DNA of 62,948 bases, counting the filler, from Reclinomonas americana ATCC 50394 (lineage: Eukaryota), in NCBI GenBank assembly GCA_048213135.1. It is 14 parts of 14 records of this genome, joined end to end, with 100 filler letters (N's around TTAATTAATTAA, not from the genome) between each part and the next. Parts side by side here need not be neighbours in the genome. Positions count along the whole stretch, not along the records: positions 36,781 to 43,889 come from AFZH01020548.1; positions 43,990 to 46,895 come from AFZH01020549.1; positions 46,996 to 48,756 come from AFZH01020550.1; positions 48,857 to 51,165 come from AFZH01020551.1; 10 more parts are not named here. One strand, 5' to 3'. Position 1 is the stretch's first letter, and every line of letters starts with the position of its first letter. The notes under the pieces are model-generated. The model was not told the DNA's origin and did no database searches. It saw only the letters and a list, made by a program, of their open reading frames with translations. Shown here one piece after another: positions 37,113 to 50,072 of this stretch. Made by a program: the position numbers and the translations under genes.

Positions 37113-40100
37113 TCACCTCGGTGGCTGCCTCAACTTCTCTCGCATCTCCCGTTCGAGTTCAGCGCGCGTTTGCTTGGTCTTGGTGACCACAACTGCGCGA
37201 CCGAGACCGCCGTCGTGCTCGATCACAGAGGTGGCCGAGGGCGACGACGATGACGACGAAGACGAGACGCTGTCGTGTGGCGATCCGCGCAGATGCATCT
37301 GCGTGACGCCGAGTGGGTGCAAATCGTCGTCACCATCATCGTCGTCGACGTCCTTGGCGTTGGAGGAGCCTCGCCGCGCCGTGACCTTTTCCTCAATGAT
37401 ACGCTGCCGCGTCTTGTCGGCCTTCTTGGTGGCCCGCTCGCGCTTCTTGCGGTCCTTTTCCAGCTGCTTGAATTCCACAGAGGAGAGCACTCGTGTCTCT
37501 GGAGGCGGCACCGACACCACATTCTCGGCCGAGAGCAGGGCGGCCTCCACGCCTGGCACCGCGGGTCCGGCCAGCCGTCCACCATACGTCTTTTCGTGCG
37601 CCATCGCTTCCTCCCACAGGTAGTGCACGAGACGCTTTTCTGTGGCTGTGGTGACCAGACTGCGCGCAGTGGGGGGTGAGCAGAGAGACATGCACAAAAG
37701 AAAGAGAGAGAGGAGGGGGGGGGGGGGTGACGCAACTAGAGACGGCAACATTTGTTGTGCAGCTCGAGCATCTTGCAGGCCACAAAGGAGTGGCCGTAAA
37801 GCTCCTCCAGGTTCCCCGACTGCGGTGCGCGGTGAGGCTATGAGCAGTAGCGCCAGGCAACAAGACAACACTGACAACGTACCTTGGAGAGGATGGACTC
37901 GATGAGCTTGTTCTTTTGAATCACTTGCTCCAAGTACTCTTCCTCGGTCTTCACGATGCGATTCTGCGTGCCGAGAACGAAATCAGAAGTGTGCGGGGGA
38001 AAAGACACAGGATCGCGCACGGCGAACTCACCAGGTCGCTTTCCGACTTCTTGTCGTAGTCGGCGTGAATCTGCTCGAGGCACTCCCACAGCATCTTGAT
38101 CTCGGTGGCCTCCTGCTGCCATCGGTTCGACTGCACCTCCAAGTCCTGCTCAAATAATAAGGGGCCGTGACTACAAGCTGCACTACATGGCTCTGCGCAC
38201 CGACGAGTGCTCCAGAATCCTGGCCAGTTGGTTCTCAAAGTGTGTGCGCATCGTCTTGATTTGCTCACTGCGCATCCAGCAGCAAAGGCATGAGTCAGTC
38301 GTCGGCCTTCGACCCAAACAAATGCATCCACACTACGCACCTCTCGGTGCCAACCAGTGTTGGTGTGGGCTCCACCAGTGCCGCAAGACCCGCTGTGTGT
38401 GCACGTCAAGCATGTCAGCATCGACCTTTCTTCTTCCCCCTTCACCGAAACAAGAGGATCGCAACTCTTTGGTGGTCCTGAACTCTCCACGGGTCGCATG
38501 GGGCTTCTTGAGAATGCCTGCTGTCGCACCGCTTGCAGTTCGTCGTCTCGTGCACGCAAATCGTCTTCCAGCGTGCGTATCCGAGCTTGTAATGAGCTGC
38601 AAAGATAAAAACCGCAAAATTATGAGCACGCGAGCCGTCGACAACTCCATGCACACACATACGTCCTCGACACGACGCAACTCGATCAGTTCAGTGTCCG
38701 GATCGAACTTCATGGCCGCCAACTCGTCCATGAGCGACGGTGCCTTGCCGAGATCGGTCGACACTGCGTGACGCCGTCTGCACACAAGAAACAAAGAGTC
38801 AGCTTGCCCGCCACTGTCAGCTGACAGAGTGTGGCGTGGATCGCAACTGTACTGCGCTGTCCATCAGCTGTCGTTCCAACTCGGCCACCTTGAACTTTAG
38901 GTCGCGCTCCTGATCCGAAGCCGTGCGCAGCGAGTCCTGCATGTCTTCCATATCCCGCTCGTATCGATCCTCGAGTTCCTTCCATTGCCGCTCCCGCTAC
39001 GATGGTGAAGAGCGTGCACACGCTATCGGTAAGCGGGGTGCGGTAATGGAAAGCGAGTCAAAACAAACACATGCCTCGCTCAGCTGCTCATCCGACTCGC
39101 GCAATCTCCGTTCCAGCACAGGAATCTTGCCAATGGTCGCCTGCAACTCTCGGACACGTGACTCGAGCTGCTCAATGTGTGCCTGCTTGTGGTTCTCGTA
39201 CGTCATGTGCATGACTGGCGGCGTTTGCAGATGAGTCGTGGACAGGGTCGAAAGTCAGCTAGCAGCAATAGAAAAATCGCAACTTTGCTGGCCCGTGAGC
39301 TCCTTCCGCACGTTCGCCAACTCGGCCTCCAGCTTGTCCTTGTCTTGCGCAACGTGTTGATACTCGTCCAACTCGTCTTCCAGCTGCACGACGGGCGAAC
39401 ATACACGTAAGTCACGCACGCAGCACACCCACCATGCGCGCGAGAGCCACTTGCCGTGCGAATGCGTTTCCGCAGACGGGAAGCGGCCTCCTGGTCGCTC
39501 TGCAGTCGCTCGTCTCGTTCCCTGATGCAGTCATTCAACTCGCGCATCTCCTCGTCCTTGCGCATCATGTTCAACTCGGCCGTGTGCACCAACGCCGACT
39601 TTTTCGTCAGCTCCTGCACACCGCAACAGTGGTCAGCTGGTGACCACCACCACAAGAAACATGACGCGCGCGTGTGTGTGTGTGTGTACGTTCGCACCCC
39701 ACGCAAGTCCGCCAGCTCCCGCTGCGCCTCCTCAACGCGCTCTTTCTGCAGGTTCAGATCCCGCGTCAGATCCTCGTTTTGCCGGTTCGCCTCCTCAAAC
39801 GCCGCAAGAATGTCATTCAGCTGTCGAGCGCCCCCCCAATGAGCAAGCGCAAAACAACATTAAAAAGAGACAAGCAATCGCCACCTCTCGCAGTCGCCGA
39901 TCACGCTCCGCCGTCATCGCCATCAACGCCGCCTGCACCTGGTTCAGCTGATCCACCAGCATCGCACCATGACCTATCATCATGATCAACAACAAACGCA
40001 AACAGCGCGAGCGACTCGCTCACTGCTGGATCCTCTCACACACACACTCTTCACTCACACACAGCAGGCACTCGTCGTCACTTCCGAAGTGCATCGGCAC

Positions 40101-40229
40101 GCGCACTCTCTCTCTCTCTCTCTCTCTCCCTCACATTCTCTCGCGGACTCACTCACCGACAGCCATTTGAAGATCATTCTCCAGCTCGCGGTTCTTGGCT
40201 TGCACCGCCTCCAGTGTCGGAAGCGACAT
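37113..40229 (-). CDS. Long coiled-coil protein; candidate dynein adaptor
   Basis: Heptad-rich exons (EQLESRVRELQATIGKIPVLERRLRESDEQL). Spliced N-terminus ...RELENDLQMAVGHGAMLVDQLNQ and an internal SLMDEL. Confidence 0.7.
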
Positions 40230-40801
40230 GAATGTGTGTGCTGAAGATCACTCGACGATGATGATATAAAAAGCGATTGCTGTGTGGCAGAGTGAGGTGT
40301 GAGTCATATCGCTGAACTCGCTGCTCCTTTGTGAACGAGAGAGAGGAAGGGAGAGAGGGGGAAGAAGAGAGGGAGGGAGCGAGGGCAGCGCGTGCCAGAG
40401 CATGCCGAGAAGTGCAGGTCGGACATTGTGAGAAACCACGCCTTTCGCCCAGACGCGCACGAGGAGCGGAGGATGACGCGGAGAGACAGAGAGACAGAGA
40501 GAGAGAGATGATTCTTTCTCCTGGTACACGAACCTCTTGAGTGCCGCGCGTGCGATTCGAGCGTGCAATAACAAACAGGACAATTTCAATTCATTGACTT
40601 ATAGACGAAACGTTTGCGTGCTTCCGAGCTGCGATAGCTCCGCGTGCTCCATCATACCCACTGGCGTGAATACAACCGACTGCGTTAAGGTGAAACGATG
40701 AGCGTTGACAAAAAAACCGTGCGCACGGAAAAATTCGAACACGCAACGTCGGGAGTCCATGGCGCGACGTGATCCGCTTTCTGTGGAGGTGGAGAGGCCG
40801 A

Positions 40802-42155
40802 TCAGCAGCGATAACAACAAGAGTCGACTGTTTGCAACATGAGTCTTACCGCCTGGTCGCAGTGGCCGTGCGCCCACCAGTCCTGCACCGTGGCGAACCA
40901 ATCGCCGGCATCGTCGTCCTCAAAACTCAGCCGCGTTGCGTGCTCGGCGCCATGTGTATCAGCCACTGTGCGGTCGACGGTGACGACAAAGCACATCTGG
41001 AGATGAGCATTGACGGAAGGAGTGCTGGCTTACCTTGTCGCAACAAGACCACACGGCGACGACCAGCAGCTCGCGGAACCAGCGACACAAAAACGACTGG
41101 CGAGACTCGCGGTGTGAACACCAAAGCAGCGACAACATAATAGAAAGTCAGAGCGTACCTCCTGTCGGCTGCAAGCTGCTCACAGAGAACGCAAACTGCG
41201 AATCGGCCATGCTGCGGTCAGCGAAACACACAGAACCCACAGTGCATAGAGAAGCCACGAAACATGTGCGTCGAGGTGGAACGACAGGCGGTCGGTGCAA
41301 ACGCGAACAAACACACGTTCCCACCACTCTTCATCGTCCACTTGCCGCCAGCCCCAGCCTGAGAGGAGGTATGAGATCGAGAAACGCTTGGAAGGAAAAA
41401 TACCGATCGCTTGAGTGCACCTTCTCGCACCCGATCCCCCCAGTCACCACTGCCGAGCGACAAACAACACAGATGAGCGCACAGAGAGGATACACGTGGC
41501 TCGGGTACACGCACCTCACAGCATCCATCAGCACCTGCACATTCGATCCGTGATCCAACCGCAGCGCCACAAGCCACCCGCGAATGAGCTCACACCACTC
41601 ATCTCGCTCCTCCGCCGACTCAAACGCAAAGTCGCGCAGTGCATAGCCGCGTTCCATCGCTACACAGTGTCACAAAAGAAGAGACAGAGAGAGAGAAACA
41701 GTGAGCGCACAACACACACCTGATTCCTCCGTGAACACCAGTCGCACAGCATGAGCATGCGGCGTCGCCGAGGACGAGTCAACGGCATCGCGAGCCACCA
41801 CATGCTGCACCTCGCGCCACTCCACAGAGCCTCTGACCTCCGCAGACTGCCACAAACAGCAATCATCAGTCACACACAGACACACACTCTCTCCCTTCTC
41901 ACACACCGAGTCATCCGCAAAGTACTGCAACCCGCGCTCCGCATGAATCGTCACCCACTTGCGCTTCCACACACGCCGCAGTGTGCTGTGCGCGGTGAAC
42001 TTCCACGCCCACGCACTGCGTCCGTGTTGCTCCTGCTGGTGAGGCGCGGGCTTCTCCCGCACGTGAGTCATCAGTGGCACCACGCACTTGGCCGGGCTGC
42101 TCATCGACGCAAACACGCGCAAGGCGGCTGTCTGCGACGCCGACGGTGATGACAT
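40802..42155 (-). CDS. PH-domain protein (3' end uncertain)
   Basis: AWKFTAHSTLRRVWKRKWVTIHAERGLQYFADDS...RGSVEW...DFAFESAEERDEWCELIRGW. Confidence 0.7.
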
Positions 42156-42218
42156 TGTGTGTGTGTGAAAGTTGTCGTAATCCGCCGGATTCCACTCGCG
42201 TTTGTTGAGTTGTCGCGA

Positions 42219-43195
42219 ATGAGCGCTCCTCTGCGTCTGCTGTCGCAAGCAGAGGCGGCACTGGTCGATCTGCGCCTCATGAGCGACGAGTTTGGCTTTT
42301 CTCTGCCGCAGCTCATGGAGCTGGCCGGTGAGTTGTCTCTCTCTGCGCCCTCCACTCTCTCTCTCACACACGGAGAGTGCAGGGTTGAGCTGTGCGGCGG
42401 CCATTCGGCACTGGCGATCACCAGTGGAGGAGGCCAATCGGCATCCACTCGTTGTGTGCGGACCCGGCAACAACGGAGGCGATGGACTGGTGGCCGCGCG
42501 ACACTTGGCGCTGTTTGGGTATCGGCCCACCGTTGTGTACCCAAAGCCCAACAAGTCGGAGCACTTTGCGGTGTGCATTCGTTGCTGTGTGCGTGTGTGA
42601 GGCTGGCGCTGATTGCCTCGCCTACAAGGGATTGATCAAGCAATGCTCGCACTTTGGGATTCCGGTGGTGGCCGAGTGGCCGCGCGAAGGCACCGTCTCC
42701 TTCATTGTGGACGCGGTGTTTGGCTTCAGCTTCAAGGGCGATGTGCGTGCTCCGTTTGACGGCATCCTTCGTGAGATGATCCGATTGCAAGCCAGTGTGC
42801 CGGTGCGTGTTTGCTGTCTCTCTCTCTCTCTCTTCTCTCCCTCGTACCGGTGGCATCATTCGCTCGGCAGGTGTTCTCCATCGACATTCCGTCGGGGTGG
42901 GACGTGGAGCAGGGCGATGTGGCGGGCACCGGGTTCCGGCCGCAGGCCGTCATCTCCCTGACCGCGCCCAAACTGTGCATGCGCGGCTACACTGGCACGC
43001 ACTACCTGGGCGGTCGCTTTGTGCCATTGTTGCGTGCCGTGCCGTGCTGCTTCTCCGTGCGTGTCTATATATGTGTGTGGGAGACTGACACAAGCTGCGC
43101 GCAGCTCGCTGGCCGAGGAGCTCGAACTTGCGCTCCCCGAGTACCCGGATGCCGATCAATTTGTGCTGCTCTCCGACGAGGCGGGGCGCCAGTGA
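42219..43195 (+). CDS. NAXE: NAD(P)HX epimerase (YjeF_N)
   Basis: [79 protein letters not shown] and HYLGGRFVP. Confidence 0.93.
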
Positions 43196-43225
43196 ATCGC
43201 TTGCAAAACAATAGTGATATATTCA

Positions 43226-46200
43226 TTATCTTGATGGCGGCTTGGCGACGAGCTGCGACGCGGCCATGGCCTTGTTGAGGCGCATGGTAGCAGTCAGTCG
43301 ACTCCGCATTCTGCCGAGGAGACCAAGTCAGTGACGACGCACCAAGGGCTGACAGACAGTGAACAACGCACTTCTTTTCCAGCATGAGATGCTTGAGGTC
43401 CTCGAGTCGTGGCGTGGATTCTGGCTTGACGCCTTCGACTTTCTCGTACAGTCCCACGCACTGGTCGTGCAGGGAGCGCTCCAGCACCTTGGCCTCGTGG
43501 AGAGGGATGGAACGGTCCTCAATCAGTCGGAATAGGGTCTCGACTGGAACTCGTGACTGCGCCAGTGTCGCCTGCAATCGTTGCACCTCGATCGCTGGCA
43601 ACTGCAGTGGTGGGGCGGGTGATTCGTCGCCCCCTCGAGAGGGCGGCGGTTGACTGTGGCTGCGAAGTCCTGCGCGCGACGGCTCTCCTAACCTCCGCGA
43701 CTCCAACGGTGGCGCCGGAGACAGGCGAGTGGGGTCGGGCAAGAACGACGATGACGGCACAGGAGCTGTGCCACGACAAGTTGTGTTGAGGCGAAGCACA
43801 TCGACACATGCAAACAAACAATGTCGTCAACGCAACGAGGCGGGGTGAGCAGGTGCTCCCGTTGCATCTCCACTTCGAGGGCGCGCATGNNNNNNNNNNN
43901 NNNNNNNNNNNNNNNNNNNNNNNNNNNNNNNNNTTAATTAATTAANNNNNNNNNNNNNNNNNNNNNNNNNNNNNNNNNNNNNNNNNNNNTACGCAAGCAA
44001 GCAAGCAAGAGAGTGGGAGAGGCAGAGGGAGGATGACAACGCACTCATCCAGGTCAGTTGTCTCGGTCCATGCTGCATTTATTTGCGTGTGCGTGCGTGA
44101 GCGATATAGGATTAACGGCAGGCGCGTGCAACCAACAACTACCACGCAACTGTCGACCAGTTCGAAGCTCGTCTCGAAGAACACGTTCCACGGCAATGCC
44201 TTGAGCTTATCGCCCACCGAGTCACGCACCCACTCGCCGGCCAGCATGCTGGCCACGTCTTTCTTGGTCATACCCGAACATAACTTGCCTAGCACCTTGG
44301 TGAAGAAGGTGACGTACTCGTCGCGCTCGACGGTGCCAGTGGCGTTTGAGTCGCACACTTTCCACCACTGCACAACCAGGAAAATGAGTGGTGCATGACC
44401 ATCCAGCCAAAGATGGAAAAAAGACACGTGCGCGGAGAAGACAGGCAAAAAACCGAACATTCGGTCTGAAAGGATTGTGCGGGGTTGGGGAAGCGTGCCC
44501 CCCAGCGGCGACTCACGACAGGGGAATGAAGAAGGGAGAGGTGGCGAAAGAGAGGGCACAAAAGGGCAGGTCGCCGCAAAGAGAATCGCACAACGGTCGA
44601 AAAGAAGAAAGACTGCGTCATCGTCCATCCGCCGCCACGCAACTCTTCTGATGGCCTCCTCCATCTTGCTGTGGTTCTTGACGGCCCGGCGCTTGGCAAT
44701 GGCCTCGTCGGTATACATGTCGAGATTGCCTTGCAAGTAGTACGGCACGGGTTGACTGCAATAGGCAGGCAGGCGCCGCAAGGCAGCATAAGTCCGCCGA
44801 GGGCAGTAACAAAGTAGGCAGGCAGGAGATGTACGCACTCGCCCGACAACTCAAACACAATGTTGGGGTCCTTGACCAGTTGAGCCACGTCGTTGCGCAC
44901 TGACCGCATGGGAATAAACAGAGGTCAGCACACGACGCGACCGCAAAAAAAGAAGCTCAACTCGCTTTCCGAAAGGACAGTCATCATGCGTGTCCAAAAC
45001 ACAGTCGGTTTTGCGCACAAGGAAAAAGGCGTCTTGGAGGCCCGCAACCATGCATACGCACGCACACACACACACACCCTTTCTCCCCCCGTAGGAATCA
45101 ATGGAAACCACCATCACGCAAAAGAGAGCGATCGACCGAACATGACAGACAAGTGCGTGTCAATCTCCCAGTCTAGCCCACCCCGCACGTGCTCTCCACC
45201 CAACGCAACATCGATCGAGCGGCTGCAGTGCCGGTGGTGCTGGTACTTCACCACTGACGACAGCACGCACGCGTTTCCAGTGGACTTCGCTGGCTTTTGG
45301 CTCTGCCGGCAAGTGCATTTTCATCATCACGCAAACACGCACACACACACACACGCACGCACGCACACACGTGCAAGCACACGCACCTGCTGACGGCGAG
45401 GACGGTAATGGTGGTGATGGTGGTGATGGTGCGGGACCAACAACGGGAGTCGGACCAATCGTCATTGCAGGAGTCACCGACACGGGCGTCAGCGAGGATC
45501 GCCGTTGGTGCGGACTGCCGGCCGACATTGGCGACCCCATGCCCGTGACAAACAGCGGCGATGACGGCGACTCGGTTGGCGCACGACTGAACGCAACAGC
45601 GGCCGCAGTCGGCGACGACGGCGGCGACTTGCCGACCAGCGACGAGATGGAGCCGACTGACGAGAATCGACGAAACATCTCCTGCATGCGACCCAGCACT
45701 TGCCCGCTCGTGGGCAAATCACCAGCCTGCGGAGGATGTTGCGGCGGTGACAGAGACGAAGACGCGTCGTCTGCGCTCACTGCAGGTTCGCGAACTGAAA
45801 ATCCCTCCAAAAGCACCTGTATGTTACACACACGAAAAAAACCCGAACACTCATGATAACGGCGAAGGTCGATTGGTGTGCACGGCGCAGGCAATCTCAC
45901 CTTCCAGGCCGGACGCCGTGAGATCATCGATCCACCGCCGCCCGTAACAGCAGCATTCGGAGGCGATGTAGGCGACGTGGCAGAGACCGTGCTGGTGCGC
46001 CTATGTTGTTGTTGCTGTTGTGATTGCTGCGCTTGTTGCGCATTTGTAATCAACAATCCACTCATTCGCTTGCCGGCAGTGGCATTCGGTGGCCGACCGA
46101 GTCCCGTGACTGAGGTAGGCGTGTCCGTGGCAAAACTCGCCACAGAGGACGAGTTGGCAGCCGAGGGCGGTCGCTCCAGTGGACTGAGCAGAACGCGGCC

Positions 46201-46587
46201 GCCCAACGTCGACAGCGGCTGCGGCGAAGGCAGTCGCTGCTGTTGCTGCTGGTGTGCCTGACTGCGCGCAGATGAGTTCCCCACAGAGATCGCCGCGGAG
46301 TGTGGGCGACTGGAGGGTGGCGGTGTGAGACTCGGCGACACTCGATCGCCCTCGGCCGCGGCAATCGCAAAGGCGGGATCGACTCCGCCCGCTGCTCCGA
46401 GAGCTCCGAGAGTCCGGTCGCCAGAGGATCGGGCGCTGCCGCCCGCAGCGCGGCGCATTGCGAGAGAGTGTGGGTGTGTGTTGAGAGTGATTGAAGGCAA
46501 CCGACCAGCGCGAGCAGGACGAGTTGATTGCATTGTCGACTTCGAGTTTTTGAGAGAGAGCGGCAGTGATGAGCTCGCTTGCAGCAT
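43226..46587 (-). CDS. Uncharacterised protein with a disordered N-terminus and an EF-hand-like motif (spans a gap)
   Basis: [20 protein letters not shown]...[22 protein letters not shown] (DxNxxGxVxxxE loop). Continuity across the gap at 43890 is inferred. Confidence 0.6.
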
Positions 46588-46668
46588 GTTGCGTAAGCCG
46601 CACTCTCTCTGAGTATGTGTGTGTGTGTGCGCGAGAGAGAGGGTTGCTGTTGTCCTCCGAGAGTGGCC

Positions 46669-46860
46669 ATGTCTTTGTTGTCTCTCGCACTCTCTTGTGC
46701 TCCTCTGTGTGCACTCAAGAGAGAGTGTATGCCTATGCGCTCCTCTCTCACTCACTCACTCTCTCGCTCGTCGTGCAGCATTTCGTCAGGCGCAGGAGCA
46801 ATATCGCGACTTGGAGAACTTGGAGGTGCCGAGTGGTTCTCCTGAGGTGCGCACATCGCA

Positions 46861-46895
<35 letters not shown>

Positions 46896-47286
46896 NNNNN
46901 NNNNNNNNNNNNNNNNNNNNNNNNNNNNNNNNNNNNNNNTTAATTAATTAANNNNNNNNNNNNNNNNNNNNNNNNNNNNNNNNNNNNNNNNNNNNGGGAA
47001 AGCGGGAAAGGGAATGGAGATTAGGGAGAGAGAGAGGGAGGGAGAGAGAGAGGGATGAGGGGGAGAGTGAAGAAGGCGCCTTCTGTAACGCCGAGAGTGG
47101 TGAGAGAAGCATGAAGAAGGATCAATGCTCGTGCAGGAGAGAAGAAGGCTCGTTCAGTGAGTGATGAGAGAAACAAGAGGCACGATCAGCGCACGCGCAG
47201 GATAGAGTGAAGCAGGAGACGAGGAAAAGCAGTCGTACGAGGCAGAGGGTGGTGTGAGAAATTTGAAGTTGGTTCAGTGCACGTGC

Positions 47287-47319
<33 letters not shown>

Positions 47320-48702
47320 CCACTCAGTCCCCTGCCCGCGCGCTAATCGACTTCTTTCTTCGCTCGTCGTTGTCTCCCTCTCTCTTGTTTCTCTCTCCAC
47401 TCTCGGCATCCTTTCCTGCATCTGTTCTGATCCATTTCTTCTTCTTCTTTTTCTTCTCTCTCTCTCTCTTTCTATGTGGCTTCTGACCATGCACTCAAAA
47501 GACAGCCAACGCTCTGGCGTGCACATGCTGTTCAGTCGACTGCGGCTCTTTTTTTCTTTGTCCCTCATCTGCACGTGCGCTGATCATACCTCTTGCTCCT
47601 CTCTCTCTCTCTCTCTCGCTCTCTCCCCCTCTCCCTCTCTCCCTCTTCTGTGCTGATCGTGTTTCTTCGTGTCGCAGGCATTCTTCAAAAAGTTTCTGCG
47701 ACAATGCAAGCAGTACTCACTGATCGACCCGCTGGACATGCGCATGCTCGCACCGTTCTTCGAGGCGGAGGAGGATGGAGCGTCGTCGAGTGACAGCGGT
47801 TTTGAGTTCCGTCGACCGTCGGTGGATGCACAGACGGAGCGTGCACTGAAGGTGCAGAGGTACAAGCGCGGGAAGGAACTCGAGGCGCGGATGAAGGAGC
47901 TGTCGGAGCGCGTGAGACAGTGGCGGCTACACGAGGGCGAGAGTGTGGAGTCGGACATGGAGGAGGCGGAGCGGAATTGTGTGATGGAGACGGCCAAGTA
48001 TTTTGTCAGCAAGTGTGTCGATGAGCTGCCGCTGTTGAGTGACGAGAAGCGGCTATTGCGACATCGGCATGAGTCGGTGGAGGTGGGCCGCGATCCGCGT
48101 GAACGGTTACCACATGAGCCGCCGGTGAGGAGGGAAGGAGTCTGTGAGAAAGGGAAAGTGCAGAGTCGGGGACGGAGAGATTCACGGCGACTTTCTATCT
48201 TGTGAGTGTCTGTCTGGCGTTAGAGGAGAGCGTGAGAATGGCGTGGGAATGTCTACGGTTGCCAGAAACGACATGTGTTTTCGGGTGGGAGGTATTTCGA
48301 CACTCATCTTCGCTGCACACAGACACAACCCATCAAGACCTTCACCATCCAGTCTCAGCGCGACGCCATTGTGAAGAGCATGTTTACGCCGAAGAATTTG
48401 CCGACCATGACCCCGGAGGAATGGGCCGACGAGCAGATTGCCCGCGGTTTGCTGTTGCGTCTCGCTGTCGATACCGGCGTGGTGCTTTACGGTATTTTCT
48501 TACATGCGATTGTAGGTCGTCAGCCGAAGTGGCCGCCAGGGAAGCCGGTGTGCCCTACACGAGAGAAAAGGACGGAGAGGAGGAGGAAGAGGACGAGGAA
48601 GGACTGGAGGATCCGGATGATGAGACTGAGCTGCGAAAGGCGCGCAAGTGGGACGATTGGAAGGACGAACATCAGCGTGGTGCCGGCAACCGTGGCCGCT
48701 AA
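46669..48702 (+). CDS. IGBP1: Tap42/alpha4 PP2A-family regulatory protein (spans a gap)
   Basis: RALKVQRYKRGKELE, NLPTMTPEEWADEQ and the C-terminal KARKWDDWKDEHQRGAGNR hallmark. The start is approximate. Confidence 0.88.
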
Positions 48703-49371
48703 GGCGCAACAATGGCGAGCGTCGTGGTGGTGGTGGTGGTGGTGCATCGAGTGATTNNNNNNNNNNNNNNNNNNNNNNNNNNNNNNNNNNNNNNNNNNNN
48801 TTAATTAATTAANNNNNNNNNNNNNNNNNNNNNNNNNNNNNNNNNNNNNNNNNNNNCAGAGAGGCGCATAGTGTATGTGTGTGTGTGAGACTCGAAGTCA
48901 CGCACCTGCCCTCGAAGCCAAGAGCCAACATCGCTCACGGAAACACACAGACAGAGACAGAGTGTCCTTCGGCAGTCCTGTGCTGTCTCTGTCTGTGTGC
49001 GCGCTGAATGACTGAGCCTTATTGGACAGTGAGTCGAGGTGTGGCGTGTCGATACGGCTGGCAGTGCCGCGAGTGTCGACAGACGATTGCCAAGGTCGGT
49101 GGTTGTCTCAATGATCGCAAGTAAAACAGTAAAGCTGCTCACATACATGTGTGTGAATAGGGCGATCCAGTGGTGTCTCGTGATGGTCGCAAGGTGTGGC
49201 ACATCGCAGTCGGAGAGGTGTGACCGCGAGTGGTGTTGCTGACTGATGATGATCACACGCAGATCCGATTGTTCTATCACGAAGCGGTTTGTGCACTCTC
49301 TCTTTCTCTCTTCTCTCCCCTCTCTCTCACACACACACATTCACTCTGTTGCGTTGCTGTCATCGCCGCAG

Positions 49372-49710
49372 TGCTTCTCGGGCGACGCTGATCCGCGAAC
49401 TCAAGGGAACTCCTCCTTCAACGTGTGGGAAGGCGTCTCTCGTGAGGCCGCTCCGCCGACCAAGGGCTACGGGAAGTGGTCGACGAGTTACGGGTATCAT
49501 CCATCGGCGGCGACGATTGTGGGTGCTTCTTCGCCGTCGTCTTCGTCATCAACGCGAGTGCGTTCTCGAGCTGGATCAGGGGCGACATCGTCGTCGACCA
49601 CGACGACAACGACAACGACAACGACAACGAAAGCAACGGCGGCAGCGGCGAGTGGTGGCTCGAGTTCGAGAAGCAGCAGATCTGCGAGTGCGCCGCGATC
49701 GCGCAGGTGA
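49372..49710 (+). CDS. Probable terminal exon of an unknown gene
   Basis: A CT/CA tract and CCGCAG acceptor precede CFSGDADPRTQGNSSFNVWEG...GYGKWSTSYGYH and an S/T-rich tail. Confidence 0.45.
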   Translation, partial: CFSGDADPRTQGNSSFNVWEGVSREAAPPTKGYGKWSTSYGYHPSAATIVGASSPSSSSSTRVRSRAGSGATSSSTTTTTTTTTTTKATAAAASGGSSSRSSRSASAPRSRR

Positions 49711-49978
49711 CGGCGCGGCTCGTGAGTGTGTTTATATGTACACAACTGGAACAGTGTTTATCGCCGACAAGCAGTGGTGTCGAGGCAGTTGTGGCGTACA
49801 AGTCTGTGCAAGCGCCATCAACAAGCAACAGCTGTCTTGATGACCAAGTCCAACCATATCCAAAACATCAACACAATACCAGTCTTGCAGGTTTCTTGTG
49901 TTTACTTATCTGCACTGTGCTGCTCTGCTGGGCGGACTGCAGTGGTCGGCAATGTTCTTCTTTTTCTTCATCACATGT

Positions 49979-50072
49979 GGGGGGTTTGGGGGGTGTTCAC
50001 CGGGGAGTAACGCAAGCTCGCGCTGCGTATCTCAACCCGGCGAACACCTGTCGCTCTGGTCGCCTTGCGGCG
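49979..50072 (-). other. Structured element: two GNRA-capped hairpins plus a C6A3C6 tract (ncRNA or mobile-element terminus)
   Basis: The minus strand reads CGCC-GCAA-GGCG, then GGTGTTCGCCGGG..ACGCAGC-GCGA-GCTTGCGT..CCCGGTGAACACC. Confidence 0.5.

Noticed and set aside
46861..47650. GA tracts followed by CT tracts that could fold back inside the Tap42 gene
   Set aside because: Simple microsatellite complementarity is common across the window, and the region is interrupted by a gap.
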